Shown here in pieces: positions 49,476 to 59,457 of a stretch of DNA of 64,000 bases. The position numbers and the translations under genes are program-made. The notes under the pieces are model-generated. The model was given only the letters and a program-made list of their open reading frames with translations. It was not told the origin of the DNA and did not search any database. The DNA lies in the NCBI GenBank assembly GCA_027858235.1, contig JAQIDC010000028.1, positions 11,184 through 75,183 of the forward strand, given 5' to 3'. The stretch is from Patescibacteria group bacterium (GTDB taxonomy: Bacteria; Patescibacteriota; Patescibacteriia; Patescibacteriales; BM507). Numbering within the stretch: the stretch's first letter is position 1; each line of letters begins with the position of its first letter.

Positions 49476-50120
49476 TTAGTTATTTAAATTAACTCTCCCT
49501 TGCCATTTTCCACCCATTCTTCCTTCTCTATCCATTCCACCTCTCTCAAGGCCCAATTCTTCGTGAATAATATTAGCTTCTTCAAAATTTCCATCTTTGA
49601 TCAGAGTGTGAGCTTCAATTAGCTTTTGAAAGTCTGCTTCATTCTCAATCACTTCTGACATCCTGGTGTCACCAACAGCTTCTTTCCAGGCATCATAATC
49701 AGCTGATTCGATAGCCTCGATTCCAACATTATGGGAACCGTTTCTTCCTTCATCTCCTTCCCTCATCCCATGAGAGCCCATCATACCGCCCATTCTTTCT
49801 CCACCTCTCTCAGGAAGGCCCAGCTCCTCTCTCATTAATTTAGCAGCCTCAACATCACCTGATTGGATTAAATTGTGCATCTGACTAAATTGATCAAAAT
49901 TTTCTTCTGTAATAATATCTGTGATTCTTACTTTTGAATCTTCAATGTTTTTCCAAGACTCATAATCACCTTCTTCAACTGCCTGTTTCATGGCATCGCG
50001 CTGAACTTGATCTAAGCCGAATCCTCCGAAACTAGCACCTGCATAAGCTGTTACTCCGAATGTTGCGATAATGGCTGATAGGGCGATAATATTTTTTAAT
50101 GATTTTTTACTTTTTTCCAT
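49476..50120 (-). CDS. Secreted protein with duplicated helical repeat
   Basis: Signal peptide AYA; two repeats A(V/I)E..DY..WK...F......H.LI..G..E.A.....ELGL. Confidence 0.75.
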   Translation of the reverse strand: MEKSKKSLKNIIALSAIIATFGVTAYAGASFGGFGLDQVQRDAMKQAVEEGDYESWKNIEDSKVRITDIITEENFDQFSQMHNLIQSGDVEAAKLMREELGLPERGGERMGGMMGSHGMREGDEGRNGSHNVGIEAIESADYDAWKEAVGDTRMSEVIENEADFQKLIEAHTLIKDGNFEEANIIHEELGLERGGMDREGRMGGKWQGRVNLNN

Positions 50121-50182
50121 AAGTTTATAATTATATTACTTATTATTTTTCAATGCTAGCTTGTCCGGGCCCGAACATTAAG

Positions 50183-50211
50183 TAATACGCAATAAATAAT
50201 ATTTTTTTTCA
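50183..50211 (-). promoter_or_regulatory. ECF (sigmaW-like) promoter
   Basis: TGAAAA-N16-CGTATTA; same motif at 51783-51811. Confidence 0.75.
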
Positions 50212-50251
50212 AATTAAAATACCTTATTTTATGAGTTATTTTAATATTTAT

Positions 50252-51175
50252 TTATTCTAAATCAAAGCTATCAAAGTCTTCCCTAAGTTCAGGCATTTCT
50301 TTTAATAGCTGATCAATCTCATTTTTATTTCTTCTCATGTGGTCTTCGAACATTCCTTTCATTTCTGGATTTTCTTCTAAAAGAAAAGGTATTCTTTTCA
50401 TTCTTTCCCTTAATACATCTGGATTTTCCTCAAAAGCCCTTCTCATTTCTTGCATGTTTCTATCAGCTGATCCTCTTCCCGGCCCCATTGGCTTAATATG
50501 GTCTGCTTTAAAACTATCTTGACCAATCATCTTCCCTAAAATATTTATTTGCATATCTTCCTTTACTCCAAAAATTGGGTGGACTAATGTCTCTTCATAG
50601 AATACAATCCATTCAGTATTATCTATATCTCTTAGAAAAAACTCTGATTCAGAATTAACTGAAATAATTTTTCCAGACAATAGTCCTTTTTCAGGATTAT
50701 TCCATCTTTTCATATTTGGATTTATAAATTGTCTATAAAATGGGGCCTGTCTACCCAGAACATCATCTATTGCCTGACCCATTCCAAGATTATAAAATAA
50801 CCCTCCCAAAAGAAAACTGACAAAGATACTTCCAACCACAACCACGGGCAAACGATAACGATACCCTTTGTTTGTGTGCTTTATGTAGTAATCAGCGATA
50901 AAAACAAATAGCCCTAAAAATACTAACCAAAAATATGGAAGTGTTAAGAAAATAAATTGCAAAAAACTATCACTTACATACGAATATTCTCCCCAGCCAT
51001 TATGACGCATCATATAAATAACGACTGACAAGGCTAAACCTCCAACAAGCAAAGAAATAATCCCGGCTCCCCAAACGACATAATTACGCAAAAGGAAAGT
51101 CCATTTAGCTTTTCGCTCAATTTTTTTCTCTTTTATTTTGGCGAGCACTCGCTCGCTTAAAGTTTTTTCGTCCAT
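50252..51175 (-). CDS. Membrane protein, probable anti-sigma factor
   Basis: Three TM helices; directly downstream of the ECF sigma. Confidence 0.6.
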   Translation of the reverse strand: MDEKTLSERVLAKIKEKKIERKAKWTFLLRNYVVWGAGIISLLVGGLALSVVIYMMRHNGWGEYSYVSDSFLQFIFLTLPYFWLVFLGLFVFIADYYIKHTNKGYRYRLPVVVVGSIFVSFLLGGLFYNLGMGQAIDDVLGRQAPFYRQFINPNMKRWNNPEKGLLSGKIISVNSESEFFLRDIDNTEWIVFYEETLVHPIFGVKEDMQINILGKMIGQDSFKADHIKPMGPGRGSADRNMQEMRRAFEENPDVLRERMKRIPFLLEENPEMKGMFEDHMRRNKNEIDQLLKEMPELREDFDSFDLE

Positions 51176-51179
51176 ATAT

Positions 51180-51761
51180 TTAAAATTTTATTTCTTGTTT
51201 CTCAATTTCCTCTGCCATTTTCTTTTTTGCCCTATTTATTAATGTTGCAACTGTACCCATCGGCTTTTTTATAATATCTGATATTTCCTTATAATCGCGT
51301 TCTTCAAGAAACTTTAGAATAAGCACCTCTCTATATTTTTGATCAATGTTGTTTAAAATTTCTGAAAGTTTTTCTTTATTAATTTTGGCATCCACCTCAC
51401 TGCTGATATCTAGTTCTGATGATATATTATTAAGCTCATCTTCTGTTATTTCGAGAATTGATCCTTCTGGTCTTGATTTATATTTTCTAAATTTTGAAAT
51501 AACATGATTATGGGTAATCCTATATATCCAAGACGAGAATTTCAAAGATTTATCAAAATCATTAATATTTTGATAGACCTTAATAAAAACTTCTTGTAAA
51601 ACATCTTCTACCTCTTCTAAACTGAAATTAGAGATTCTTCTAATGTATCGCATTAGTGGAGTCTCATATTTTTTCATAATACACAAAAAATAGCTCTGGT
51701 TTTCAGCCGTCAAAAGAGCTAATTCCTCATCTGATTTTTCCAAACAATCTTGTTCGTTCAT
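51180..51761 (-). CDS. ECF RNA polymerase sigma factor
   Basis: EDVLQEVFIKVY, FSSWIYRI.HN, YKEISDI...PMGTV. Confidence 0.93.
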   Translation of the reverse strand: MNEQDCLEKSDEELALLTAENQSYFLCIMKKYETPLMRYIRRISNFSLEEVEDVLQEVFIKVYQNINDFDKSLKFSSWIYRITHNHVISKFRKYKSRPEGSILEITEDELNNISSELDISSEVDAKINKEKLSEILNNIDQKYREVLILKFLEERDYKEISDIIKKPMGTVATLINRAKKKMAEEIEKQEIKF

Positions 51762-51782
51762 ATGCCTGTATTATACACTATG

Positions 51783-51811
51783 TAATACGCAAAAAAAGAA
51801 AATTTCTTTCA
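51783..51811 (-). promoter_or_regulatory. ECF (sigmaW-like) autoregulatory promoter
   Basis: TGAAAG-N16-CGTATTA upstream of the sigma gene. Confidence 0.75.
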
Positions 51812-51813
51812 TT

Positions 51814-52452
51814 CTAGCTATTTCTGTGATTTATCAAAAATTTTTCCCTAATTTTTTTGTAAAATTTAAATAATATTAATACTATAAACACAATAGCAAT
51901 TGATTGAAAAACAATTGGTATTTTTGAAAAGTAGGCAAAAAACAAAACAAAAGGAATTAAACCGATGACCGTAGCGAGTAGATATGTTTGAATACTCATT
52001 TTTGAGAACAATCCAAGAGCATAGCTGAGTACATCAACAGGCAAAATAAAACGAAGAAAGACCACAGTCCAGAATATATTCTTTTTTGGCAACATTTCCT
52101 CCCAGCTTTCAATTTTTTGAATGTCAACAAACTTCCCTACTATTTTTTTCCCATATCTTCTGGATAAATAAAAAACTAAAAATGAACCAGCTGTCCACCC
52201 AAGCATTGTAAGTATTGCCGCCTGAATTGGGCCCCAAAGAACCACTGCGAAAGGAAGAAGAGGAAGAGTTGAAATTGGCGCCACTAAAACTGCAAGGAGA
52301 GTAATTACTATATAGATAATCTTACCATACCAATTTTCCAAGATTTCTACCTCAGCTATTGTCTCATAAAAATCCCTGGCCAAAAAAGATGCTAAAACAA
52401 ACAAGAATACTATCAATGTGAATACTAAAATTTCTTTTACTTTTCTGTTCAT
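51814..52452 (-). CDS. TVP38/TMEM64 (VTT/DedA) membrane protein
   Basis: GW..GS...FY.SR.YG, LRF..P.DV.SY..G. Confidence 0.85.
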   Translation of the reverse strand: MNRKVKEILVFTLIVFLFVLASFLARDFYETIAEVEILENWYGKIIYIVITLLAVLVAPISTLPLLPFAVVLWGPIQAAILTMLGWTAGSFLVFYLSRRYGKKIVGKFVDIQKIESWEEMLPKKNIFWTVVFLRFILPVDVLSYALGLFSKMSIQTYLLATVIGLIPFVLFFAYFSKIPIVFQSIAIVFIVLILFKFYKKIREKFLINHRNS

Positions 52453-52803
52453 ATTAGCATTATATTTAACGTAGATTAGTATTATATTAATAATAATTCA
52501 ATTTGCCTATTTCTCCAATAAAAAACGCCCCACCATCGGCGCTATTCAAGAATTGGTCTGTATATAATAATGAGAACTGACAAAATCAGATATGCAAGAA
52601 TTTTTGTTATATATGTAAACATATTAAACAAAAAATAAGCAATTTACCCCTTTATTCTATTCTCTTGCCCACGGGCAGGAGAAACACGAATAACCAATAA
52701 TAAAGTTTTGATCCAAAACTTGAGTAGCCAGGTGAAGCATTTTCAGATAAGAAGACTTTTCTTCTTATATTTGTATTATATCACAAATAAGATTAAAGAT
52801 AAA

Positions 52804-54309
52804 TTATATTTTATTGCCCGGTATTTCCTTGCTTTTAATGATATTTCTATAAATAATATACGAAAAGAGAGTTAGATAGTAAAAAACGAAATAATAATTT
52901 GATATATCTTTTAATTCAAAACTAGAAAATGGGATATTTAAAAAGAAGTCGACCGTAAGTAATATATAACTTATTAAAAATTTAACTGGTAAAAATAAAT
53001 AAAATCCCTGAACAGGAAAAATTAGTGACAAGATAAAAGCACTTACGACTCCGACTAGTATAAAAGGAAGGGTCCAGACTACAAAAAGGTTAACCAATGG
53101 AGAGACAAGAGACAAAACACCAAAGTTTTTGATAATTAGAGGTAGGATAAAGATTTGAGCTGAAATCGAAACTATAATTATATCTCTTGAGTATTTTAAA
53201 AATTTATTATTGACTGCCTTGAAATTGGAGCTAATTATTGGATAGAAATATACTATCCCAAGAAGAGCTGAAAAGGAAAAAATAAAACCCAAATCATAAC
53301 GAATGAGCATTGGGTTTATTAAAACTAACATACTTGCGGCGAGGACTATTGAGTTATATATTTTATTTAATCTCCCAATCTTGAAAGCATACAGTATCAA
53401 AATTCCCATAAAACTTGCTCTCAAGGCTGAAGCGGGGAAACCAATTAAAATATTATAAAAAACCAGAAAAGATATTATTAAATAAAAAGAAATATTTCTG
53501 CTAAATCCAAAAAAGAAAAACAAAAGTCCAAGCCCTATAATAAAAACTCCTATATGCATCCCAGAAATTGCAATAATATGGCTTAAGCCAGCTTTTGAAA
53601 ATTTAAGTTGGATTTCATCGCTTAGAAACTTTTTATCTCCCAAAATCATTGCATTCACTATTTGGGAGCTTGGTTCTCCTAGATTTTGATTTATAGATTT
53701 TTTAAAATTGTTCTTTATTTTGTAAATTTGCGAAAGAATTTTTATGCCATTATTATTAGATAATGTTTCAATTTTAGGATAATAGCAAACTGAGAATATA
53801 TTTTTCATTGCTAAATACTTGTCATAAGAAAAATCTTCAATCGGTTCTGGTGTATTTAATTTACAATCTAGGGTCAATTTGTCACCATAAGAAAGCTTGG
53901 GGTACATATCTGCAAAAACAAGTAAATTCCCAAAATATCTTTTCTTCCCCGTCTTATCGACCTCTAAAACAAACTGCTGATTTTTTTGAGAAATTTCTGG
54001 ATTATTTTTTATCATTCCCTCAACTGCTTGCTTTGTTCCATTTAAGCTGGCAATTTCATTCTTGCTCGAGCTGTGAATTGAAAAACTATATCGCCAAACA
54101 CCTAGAAATAAAAAAAGAATCATAAACAGGATGATTCGTAATGTTTTCTTCTCCCAAAAGAATATTAAGAATAGAAAAGATATAATAAAAAAAGAGAAAA
54201 AAATAATATCTTTTCCTCTTAAAAAATTATCAAAAAAACTAGATATAAATATAGTAGATAGAAAAACAATTTGAAAAATTATAAATTGTTTTGATTTAGA
54301 TAAAATTAT
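52804..54309 (-). CDS. comEC: ComEC/Rec2 competence channel (no beta-lactamase domain)
   Basis: F.KAGLSHIIAISGMH, SALRA, GF.FSF.A; frame open and hydrophobic up to ATA 54309, first ATG at 54123. Confidence 0.88.
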   Translation of the reverse strand: MILSKSKQFIIFQIVFLSTIFISSFFDNFLRGKDIIFFSFFIISFLFLIFFWEKKTLRIILFMILFLFLGVWRYSFSIHSSSKNEIASLNGTKQAVEGMIKNNPEISQKNQQFVLEVDKTGKKRYFGNLLVFADMYPKLSYGDKLTLDCKLNTPEPIEDFSYDKYLAMKNIFSVCYYPKIETLSNNNGIKILSQIYKIKNNFKKSINQNLGEPSSQIVNAMILGDKKFLSDEIQLKFSKAGLSHIIAISGMHIGVFIIGLGLLFFFFGFSRNISFYLIISFLVFYNILIGFPASALRASFMGILILYAFKIGRLNKIYNSIVLAASMLVLINPMLIRYDLGFIFSFSALLGIVYFYPIISSNFKAVNNKFLKYSRDIIIVSISAQIFILPLIIKNFGVLSLVSPLVNLFVVWTLPFILVGVVSAFILSLIFPVQGFYLFLPVKFLISYILLTVDFFLNIPFSSFELKDISNYYFVFYYLTLFSYIIYRNIIKSKEIPGNKI

Positions 54310-54313
54310 ATTT

Positions 54314-55420
54314 TTATTTTTTATTTCTATCTTTCAAATCTCTCAAATAGGCTTCCATAAAATTCTCCAAATCTCCATCTAGAACTTTTTCTATATGTTG
54401 TGTTTCTTCGTTTGTTCTATGGTCTTTGACCATTTTATAGGGCTGCATGACATATGACCTGATTTGCTTTCCCCATTCAGCTTTTTTGATATCTCCCTTC
54501 AATTCTGATTCTTCTTCAGCTCTTTCTTCAACTTTCCTTTGTAATAATCTCGCCTGCAAAACCTTCATCGCTTTTTCTTTGTTTTGATGTTGAGACCTTT
54601 CACTTTGACAAATTACGGTAATGTTTGTTGGCAGATGGACTATTCTGACTGCTGAATCTGTAGTGTTTACACTTTGCCCCCCTGGACCAGAAGACCGGAA
54701 AACGTCAATTCTTAATTCGCTATCTTTAATATCTAACTCTTCTTCTGGGGGAAGTTCTGGCAAAACCTCTACAAGAGCAAACGAAGTATGCCTACTCGCA
54801 TCGCCATCAAAAGGAGATATCCTCACTAAACGATGAACACCGGCCTCACCTTTCAAATAAGCGAATGCCCAGCGCCCCGTGATATGAATTGAAGAGTTCT
54901 TAATCCCGGCTTCATTCCCCACGTTTCTATCAATTATTTCAGCCTTCCAGCCCATTTTCTCTGCAAAGCGAAGATACATACGCTCTATAATTTGCGCCCA
55001 GTCCTGAGCATCAACTCCACCGGTTCCGGCGTGAATTGAAATAATGGCAGAATTTTTATCAAATTTTCCTGAGAATAAAACAAAAAATTCAAGCTTTTTA
55101 TATCGCTTTGTCAATTCATCAAAGTTCTTTCTAACTTCAGTATCCATCGAATTGTCCTCCTCTTTGCCTGCTACAGCCACCAATTCCTCAAGTTCTCTTG
55201 TCTCGTTCAGTAGGGCTCTCCAAACTAAATTTTCACTATCAAGATCTTCTAATTTCTTTGAAACAATAACAGCATTCTCTTGGTTGTTCCAAAAATCAGG
55301 CTTACTAACCTCTATTTTTAAGTGTGTCACTTCTGATTCTTGCCTCTCAATATCAAGTAACTTAAAAGTATTTAGGATTTCTTCGCGCAAATCTTCAATT
55401 TTTTTAAGTAAATTTTCCAT
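54314..55420 (-). CDS. prfB: Peptide chain release factor 2
   Basis: SPF motif (RISPFD), GGQ; continuous 368-aa ORF. Confidence 0.97.
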   Translation of the reverse strand: MENLLKKIEDLREEILNTFKLLDIERQESEVTHLKIEVSKPDFWNNQENAVIVSKKLEDLDSENLVWRALLNETRELEELVAVAGKEEDNSMDTEVRKNFDELTKRYKKLEFFVLFSGKFDKNSAIISIHAGTGGVDAQDWAQIIERMYLRFAEKMGWKAEIIDRNVGNEAGIKNSSIHITGRWAFAYLKGEAGVHRLVRISPFDGDASRHTSFALVEVLPELPPEEELDIKDSELRIDVFRSSGPGGQSVNTTDSAVRIVHLPTNITVICQSERSQHQNKEKAMKVLQARLLQRKVEERAEEESELKGDIKKAEWGKQIRSYVMQPYKMVKDHRTNEETQHIEKVLDGDLENFMEAYLRDLKDRNKK

Positions 55421-55561
55421 ATTAGTCTATATATATGTCTATACTTGTGTATAGACATTCATTTGAGATTACTTTTATTGCCTTCTTTCTCATATAAGGA
55501 AAGAAAGTATTTTATCAATACTTTCTTAATCTTAAGATATTTTATCCAAACTGTCCATTTC

Positions 55562-55876
55562 TTATTTTATAAACTTCAGCAAATCAGGAGAAAGACTTTC
55601 AATATTTGGAACATTGTTTACGCCTGAACTCACATTAAGAATTGTTTTATACTGATCTAAAACCTGGCCAAGAAGCGGTGGTAGATAAATAATACTTAGG
55701 ATGATTGGAATAATAATTATAAACAGCTTGAAAAAACTAAAAATTCTTGACCAAAAAATATATTTTTTAACATAAATCGCAATCTCATGAATATCTTCTG
55801 ACAATTTAATATTTTTTTTTATCAAATCTTTAAGTTCGTCATCTTTTTGATTATCTAATTGCACACTGTTTAACAT
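55562..55876 (-). CDS. Small CPR membrane protein
   Basis: Coiled N-terminus plus one TM helix; start uncertain. Confidence 0.6.
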   Translation of the reverse strand: MLNSVQLDNQKDDELKDLIKKNIKLSEDIHEIAIYVKKYIFWSRIFSFFKLFIIIIPIILSIIYLPPLLGQVLDQYKTILNVSSGVNNVPNIESLSPDLLKFIK

Positions 55877-56594
55877 AGATTTTTGCAATTTGAAACATCT
55901 CTTCCATTTCCTTGTCGGTAAAAGAAGAGGCGCCTTCAAATGTGTCGTTTACTAATTTAGTATCTGATTTAAAGGGCTGTAAGAACCATTTTTCGGCTCC
56001 TTTTATCATTTCGCCCATTAATTTTACTTCTTTTTTATTGTGAAGTTCAGGAACCAAAGTTGTTCTAAGCTCATATGGAAGTCCTGATTTCATTATAATT
56101 TTTATACTTTTTTTTAATTTTCCCATATCAGGGTCTACTCCGGTAACTAAATCGTAGTTTTTCTCTGAAGCTTTTATGTCCATGGCAATATAGTCAATCA
56201 ACTTGTCTTCTATTAATGAAGCCATCATTTCTGGATTAGTTCCATTGGAATCTAGTTTAACTTTAAACTTTAATTTTTTAATTTTTTTAATAAAATCTGG
56301 CAAATCTTTATGGAGCGTTGGTTCTCCGCCAGTAACTACAACAGCATCAAGCTTACCAACTCTTTCTTTTAAGAAATCAAAAAGATCATCTTCATTCAAG
56401 GGATGATCTCTCTGATCTCCCTCAAGGGGAGATTTGTGGTCATATTTTGACTCACTAGCACTATTATCAGGCCAGACAAGCATAGGGTTGTAACAAAATT
56501 GGCATCTATAATTACATCCTTGGGTAAAAACTATACAAGAAAGGTGTTCTGGATAGTCTATTAAACTGAATTTTTCTAATCCGCCAATTATCAT
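55851..56594 (-). CDS. nrdG: Anaerobic RNR activating enzyme (radical SAM)
   Basis: SLIDYP, GCNYRCQFCYN, TGGEPT, KLDSNG. Confidence 0.93.
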   Translation of the reverse strand: MIIGGLEKFSLIDYPEHLSCIVFTQGCNYRCQFCYNPMLVWPDNSASESKYDHKSPLEGDQRDHPLNEDDLFDFLKERVGKLDAVVVTGGEPTLHKDLPDFIKKIKKLKFKVKLDSNGTNPEMMASLIEDKLIDYIAMDIKASEKNYDLVTGVDPDMGKLKKSIKIIMKSGLPYELRTTLVPELHNKKEVKLMGEMIKGAEKWFLQPFKSDTKLVNDTFEGASSFTDKEMEEMFQIAKIYVKQCAIR

Positions 56595-56619
56595 TTTTTG
56601 TTTTTGTTTCTTATCTTAA

Positions 56620-56766
56620 TTAACAAGATTTTTCGTTCATCTTGTATTCTTTTCTATCAACATATTCCGCTTGTTTCCCTTTATTCCAATTATTTGTTGG
56701 CGTAATCCAACCTACTACTCTTGAGTAAACTGTGCATTCTTGTCTTTGAGTTTGTTTAGGGGACAT
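56620..56766 (-). CDS. Stand-alone NrdD glycyl-radical peptide (48 aa)
   Basis: MSPKQTQRQECTVYSRVVGWITPTNNWNKGKQAEYVDRKEYKMNEKSC; below the ORF-track length cutoff. Confidence 0.85.
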   Translation of the reverse strand: MSPKQTQRQECTVYSRVVGWITPTNNWNKGKQAEYVDRKEYKMNEKSC

Positions 56767-56845
56767 ATTTTTGTTTTTTTGTTGAGAAATTTATTTTAAA
56801 TTAACTCAACAAAGCTCCTTATTTTATTATTATATAAATACTAAA

Positions 56846-58930
56846 TTATTTTGCTTTTCTAGCTGCTACTTTAGTCTTGACTGCATCTTCAACCTCAATG
56901 CTATAACCATTCTCTTGATCACACTTTGGACAATATTTATGCTCTCCTGAGAGATAGCCGTGTACCGGACAAATTGAAAAAGTTGGTGTTATGGTAAAAT
57001 ATGGCAACTTGTGACTTTCTGCAATTTTTTTAACTAATTTTTTAACAGACTCTGGATTATCAATTTTCTCTCCAATGAACCCGTGTAATACTGTTCCTCC
57101 TGTATACTTGGTTTGTAAGTCATCTTGCAACTCCAGTGCTTCAAAGATATCATCTGTATAACCTACTGGCAAGTGACTTGAATTCGTATAGTAGGGATTA
57201 GCATTGTCATTATTAAAAGCTTCTTCGTTGGCTACTATTATATCTTTGAATGTTTCCTTGTCTTTCTTGGCAAATCTGTAGGTTGCGCCCTCAGCCGGTG
57301 AGGCTTCTAGATTGTAGAGATTATTGGTTTCATTTTGATAATCCATTAAAGTATCTCTCATAAAATCTAGCACCTCTAAAGCAAACTCTTTTCCTTCCTT
57401 GGTGGTTATGTTTTTTCCAAGAAAATTAATTAAAGATTCATTCATTCCATTTATTCCAATTGTATTGAAATGATTCTGCCAATAGGTATTAAATCTTTTT
57501 TTAATATCAGCGAGATAAAATTTTGAATACGGATACAAACCATCGTCTGTAAATCTTTCAATAATTTTTCTTTTTATTTCAAGGCTTTCCTTGGCTAAAT
57601 CCATCAATCTTAACAGATTTTTTTTGTATTCTTTTTTATCTTTAGATATATATCCAATTCTTGCTAAGTTTATGGTTACAACACCAAGACTCCCGGTTAG
57701 AGGGTTCGCTCCAAATAAACCTCCTCCTCTTTTTCTTAATACTCTATTATCGAGCCTTAGTCTACAGCACATTGAACGGGCGTCGTCTCTATCCATATCA
57801 GAATTAATAAAATTTGAGAAATATGGAATACCATATTTTGCTGTCATCTCCCAAACTGGTTTTAACTCTTTTTTATCCCAATCAAAATTTTTATCAATAT
57901 TGTATGTTGGTATTGGGAAGGCAAACACTTTTCCAGTAGCGTCTCCTGCTATCATCACCTCAGCATATGCTTGATTGAACATATCCATCTCTTTTTGGAA
58001 ATCACTATAAGTTTCTTTCATTACCTCTCCTCCAATTATTACGTGTTCTTTCCCTGTTTGCTTTGATGGAGTAACATCGAGCGTAACATTTGTGAAAGGT
58101 GTTTGGAACCCGACTCTGGTTGGTACATTGATGTTAAACATGAATTCCTGCAAAGCCTGTTTCGTATCTTTATATGATAATTTATCGTATCTAATAAATG
58201 GAGCAAGGTATGTATCAAAATTAGCAAATGCCTGTGCTCCAGCTGCCTCTCCTTGCAATGTATACAAGAAATTAATAACTTGTCCAAGGGCTGATCTAAA
58301 ATGTTTTGGTGGTTTACTCTGAACCTTCTCTCCAACTCCTCCGAACCCTTTTGTTAAAATATCTTTCAAATCCCATCCGCAACAATATGGAGCAAGCATT
58401 CCTAGGTCATGAATATGGAACTCCCCGTCAACATGAGCATTTCTAATTTCTGCAGGGTACAGTTTATTCAACCAATATTTAGCAGAAATTGCTGAAGCTA
58501 AATAATTGTTAAGTCCTTGAACTGAGAAACTCATATTGGAATTTTCTTTCAATCTCCAGTCGGATCTTCCAAGATAATCCTCCATCAACTTCGCTTCAGC
58601 CTGCTCATTGTTTATATCCCTCAACTGTCTGTGTTGATCTCTGTAGAGAATATAGGCTTTAGCTATTTTAATTTTCTTCTTTTTTATTAAAACCTCTTCC
58701 ACCACATCCTGAATCTCTTCAACTGCTGGAATACTTCTCTCATGGAATCTTCTTATAACTTCTTTTAAAACATCTTCTGACAATTTTTTGGCAAGCTTCT
58801 TGTCAGCTTCTCCAATTGCTTCTGTTGACTTATAAATAGCTCTTTCAATCTTAGATTGATCAAACTTAACAATTTTACCCGATCTTTTAATAATTTGCTT
58901 GATCGGCTTTGCGGCGGTATTTTTTGGCAT
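56846..58930 (-). CDS. nrdD: Class III ribonucleotide reductase with ATP cone, lacking the glycyl loop
   Basis: ATP cone IIKRSG, HIHDL, PYCCGW, RSMCCRL, YTGGTV, CPVHG...CPKC. Confidence 0.95.
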   Translation of the reverse strand: MPKNTAAKPIKQIIKRSGKIVKFDQSKIERAIYKSTEAIGEADKKLAKKLSEDVLKEVIRRFHERSIPAVEEIQDVVEEVLIKKKKIKIAKAYILYRDQHRQLRDINNEQAEAKLMEDYLGRSDWRLKENSNMSFSVQGLNNYLASAISAKYWLNKLYPAEIRNAHVDGEFHIHDLGMLAPYCCGWDLKDILTKGFGGVGEKVQSKPPKHFRSALGQVINFLYTLQGEAAGAQAFANFDTYLAPFIRYDKLSYKDTKQALQEFMFNINVPTRVGFQTPFTNVTLDVTPSKQTGKEHVIIGGEVMKETYSDFQKEMDMFNQAYAEVMIAGDATGKVFAFPIPTYNIDKNFDWDKKELKPVWEMTAKYGIPYFSNFINSDMDRDDARSMCCRLRLDNRVLRKRGGGLFGANPLTGSLGVVTINLARIGYISKDKKEYKKNLLRLMDLAKESLEIKRKIIERFTDDGLYPYSKFYLADIKKRFNTYWQNHFNTIGINGMNESLINFLGKNITTKEGKEFALEVLDFMRDTLMDYQNETNNLYNLEASPAEGATYRFAKKDKETFKDIIVANEEAFNNDNANPYYTNSSHLPVGYTDDIFEALELQDDLQTKYTGGTVLHGFIGEKIDNPESVKKLVKKIAESHKLPYFTITPTFSICPVHGYLSGEHKYCPKCDQENGYSIEVEDAVKTKVAARKAK

Positions 58931-58977
58931 GGGGGTTTTTAATTAAAGAATTATTGGGGACTCAATCTAACAACTCT

Positions 58978-59457
58978 TTATTTCTTATTTTTATTATTTG
59001 TCTTTTTCTTAGCGAACAATTTATCTAATTCTGTTTTGAAGGTATCAACATCTTCAAATGCTTGATAAACGCTAGCAAATCTTATATAGGCGACTTGATC
59101 TACTTTCTTCAATTGATTCATTATAATCTGCCCTATCTCATCTGATTTTACTTCATTTTTTCTTAATTTCTGAATATCTCTCTCTATTAAGTGAATTAAT
59201 TGTTTAAATTTGTCTTCATTTACTGGTCTTTTTTCTAATGATTTTTTAAGTCCTTTAATAATCTTCTCGCGACTATAGTTTTCTTTTTTGTCATCTCTCT
59301 TGAGAACTGTGAGATCTAGTATCTCTATTTCCTCAAAGGTAGAATATCGGAAATTACACTTCAAGCACTCCCTTCTTCTTCTGATAGACAGCCCATCGCT
59401 CGCCACTCTAGAATCTATTACTTTTGTATCTTGATGATAACAAACAGGACATATCAT
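58978..59457 (-). CDS. nrdR: Transcriptional repressor NrdR
   Basis: MICPVC, VIDSR, RRRREC..C, VAYIRFASVY. Confidence 0.97.
   Translation of the reverse strand: MICPVCYHQDTKVIDSRVASDGLSIRRRRECLKCNFRYSTFEEIEILDLTVLKRDDKKENYSREKIIKGLKKSLEKRPVNEDKFKQLIHLIERDIQKLRKNEVKSDEIGQIIMNQLKKVDQVAYIRFASVYQAFEDVDTFKTELDKLFAKKKTNNKNKK

Noticed and set aside
52500-52740. Two tiny minus-strand ORFs (26-27 aa)
   Set aside because: No recognisable motif or SD; too short to support.
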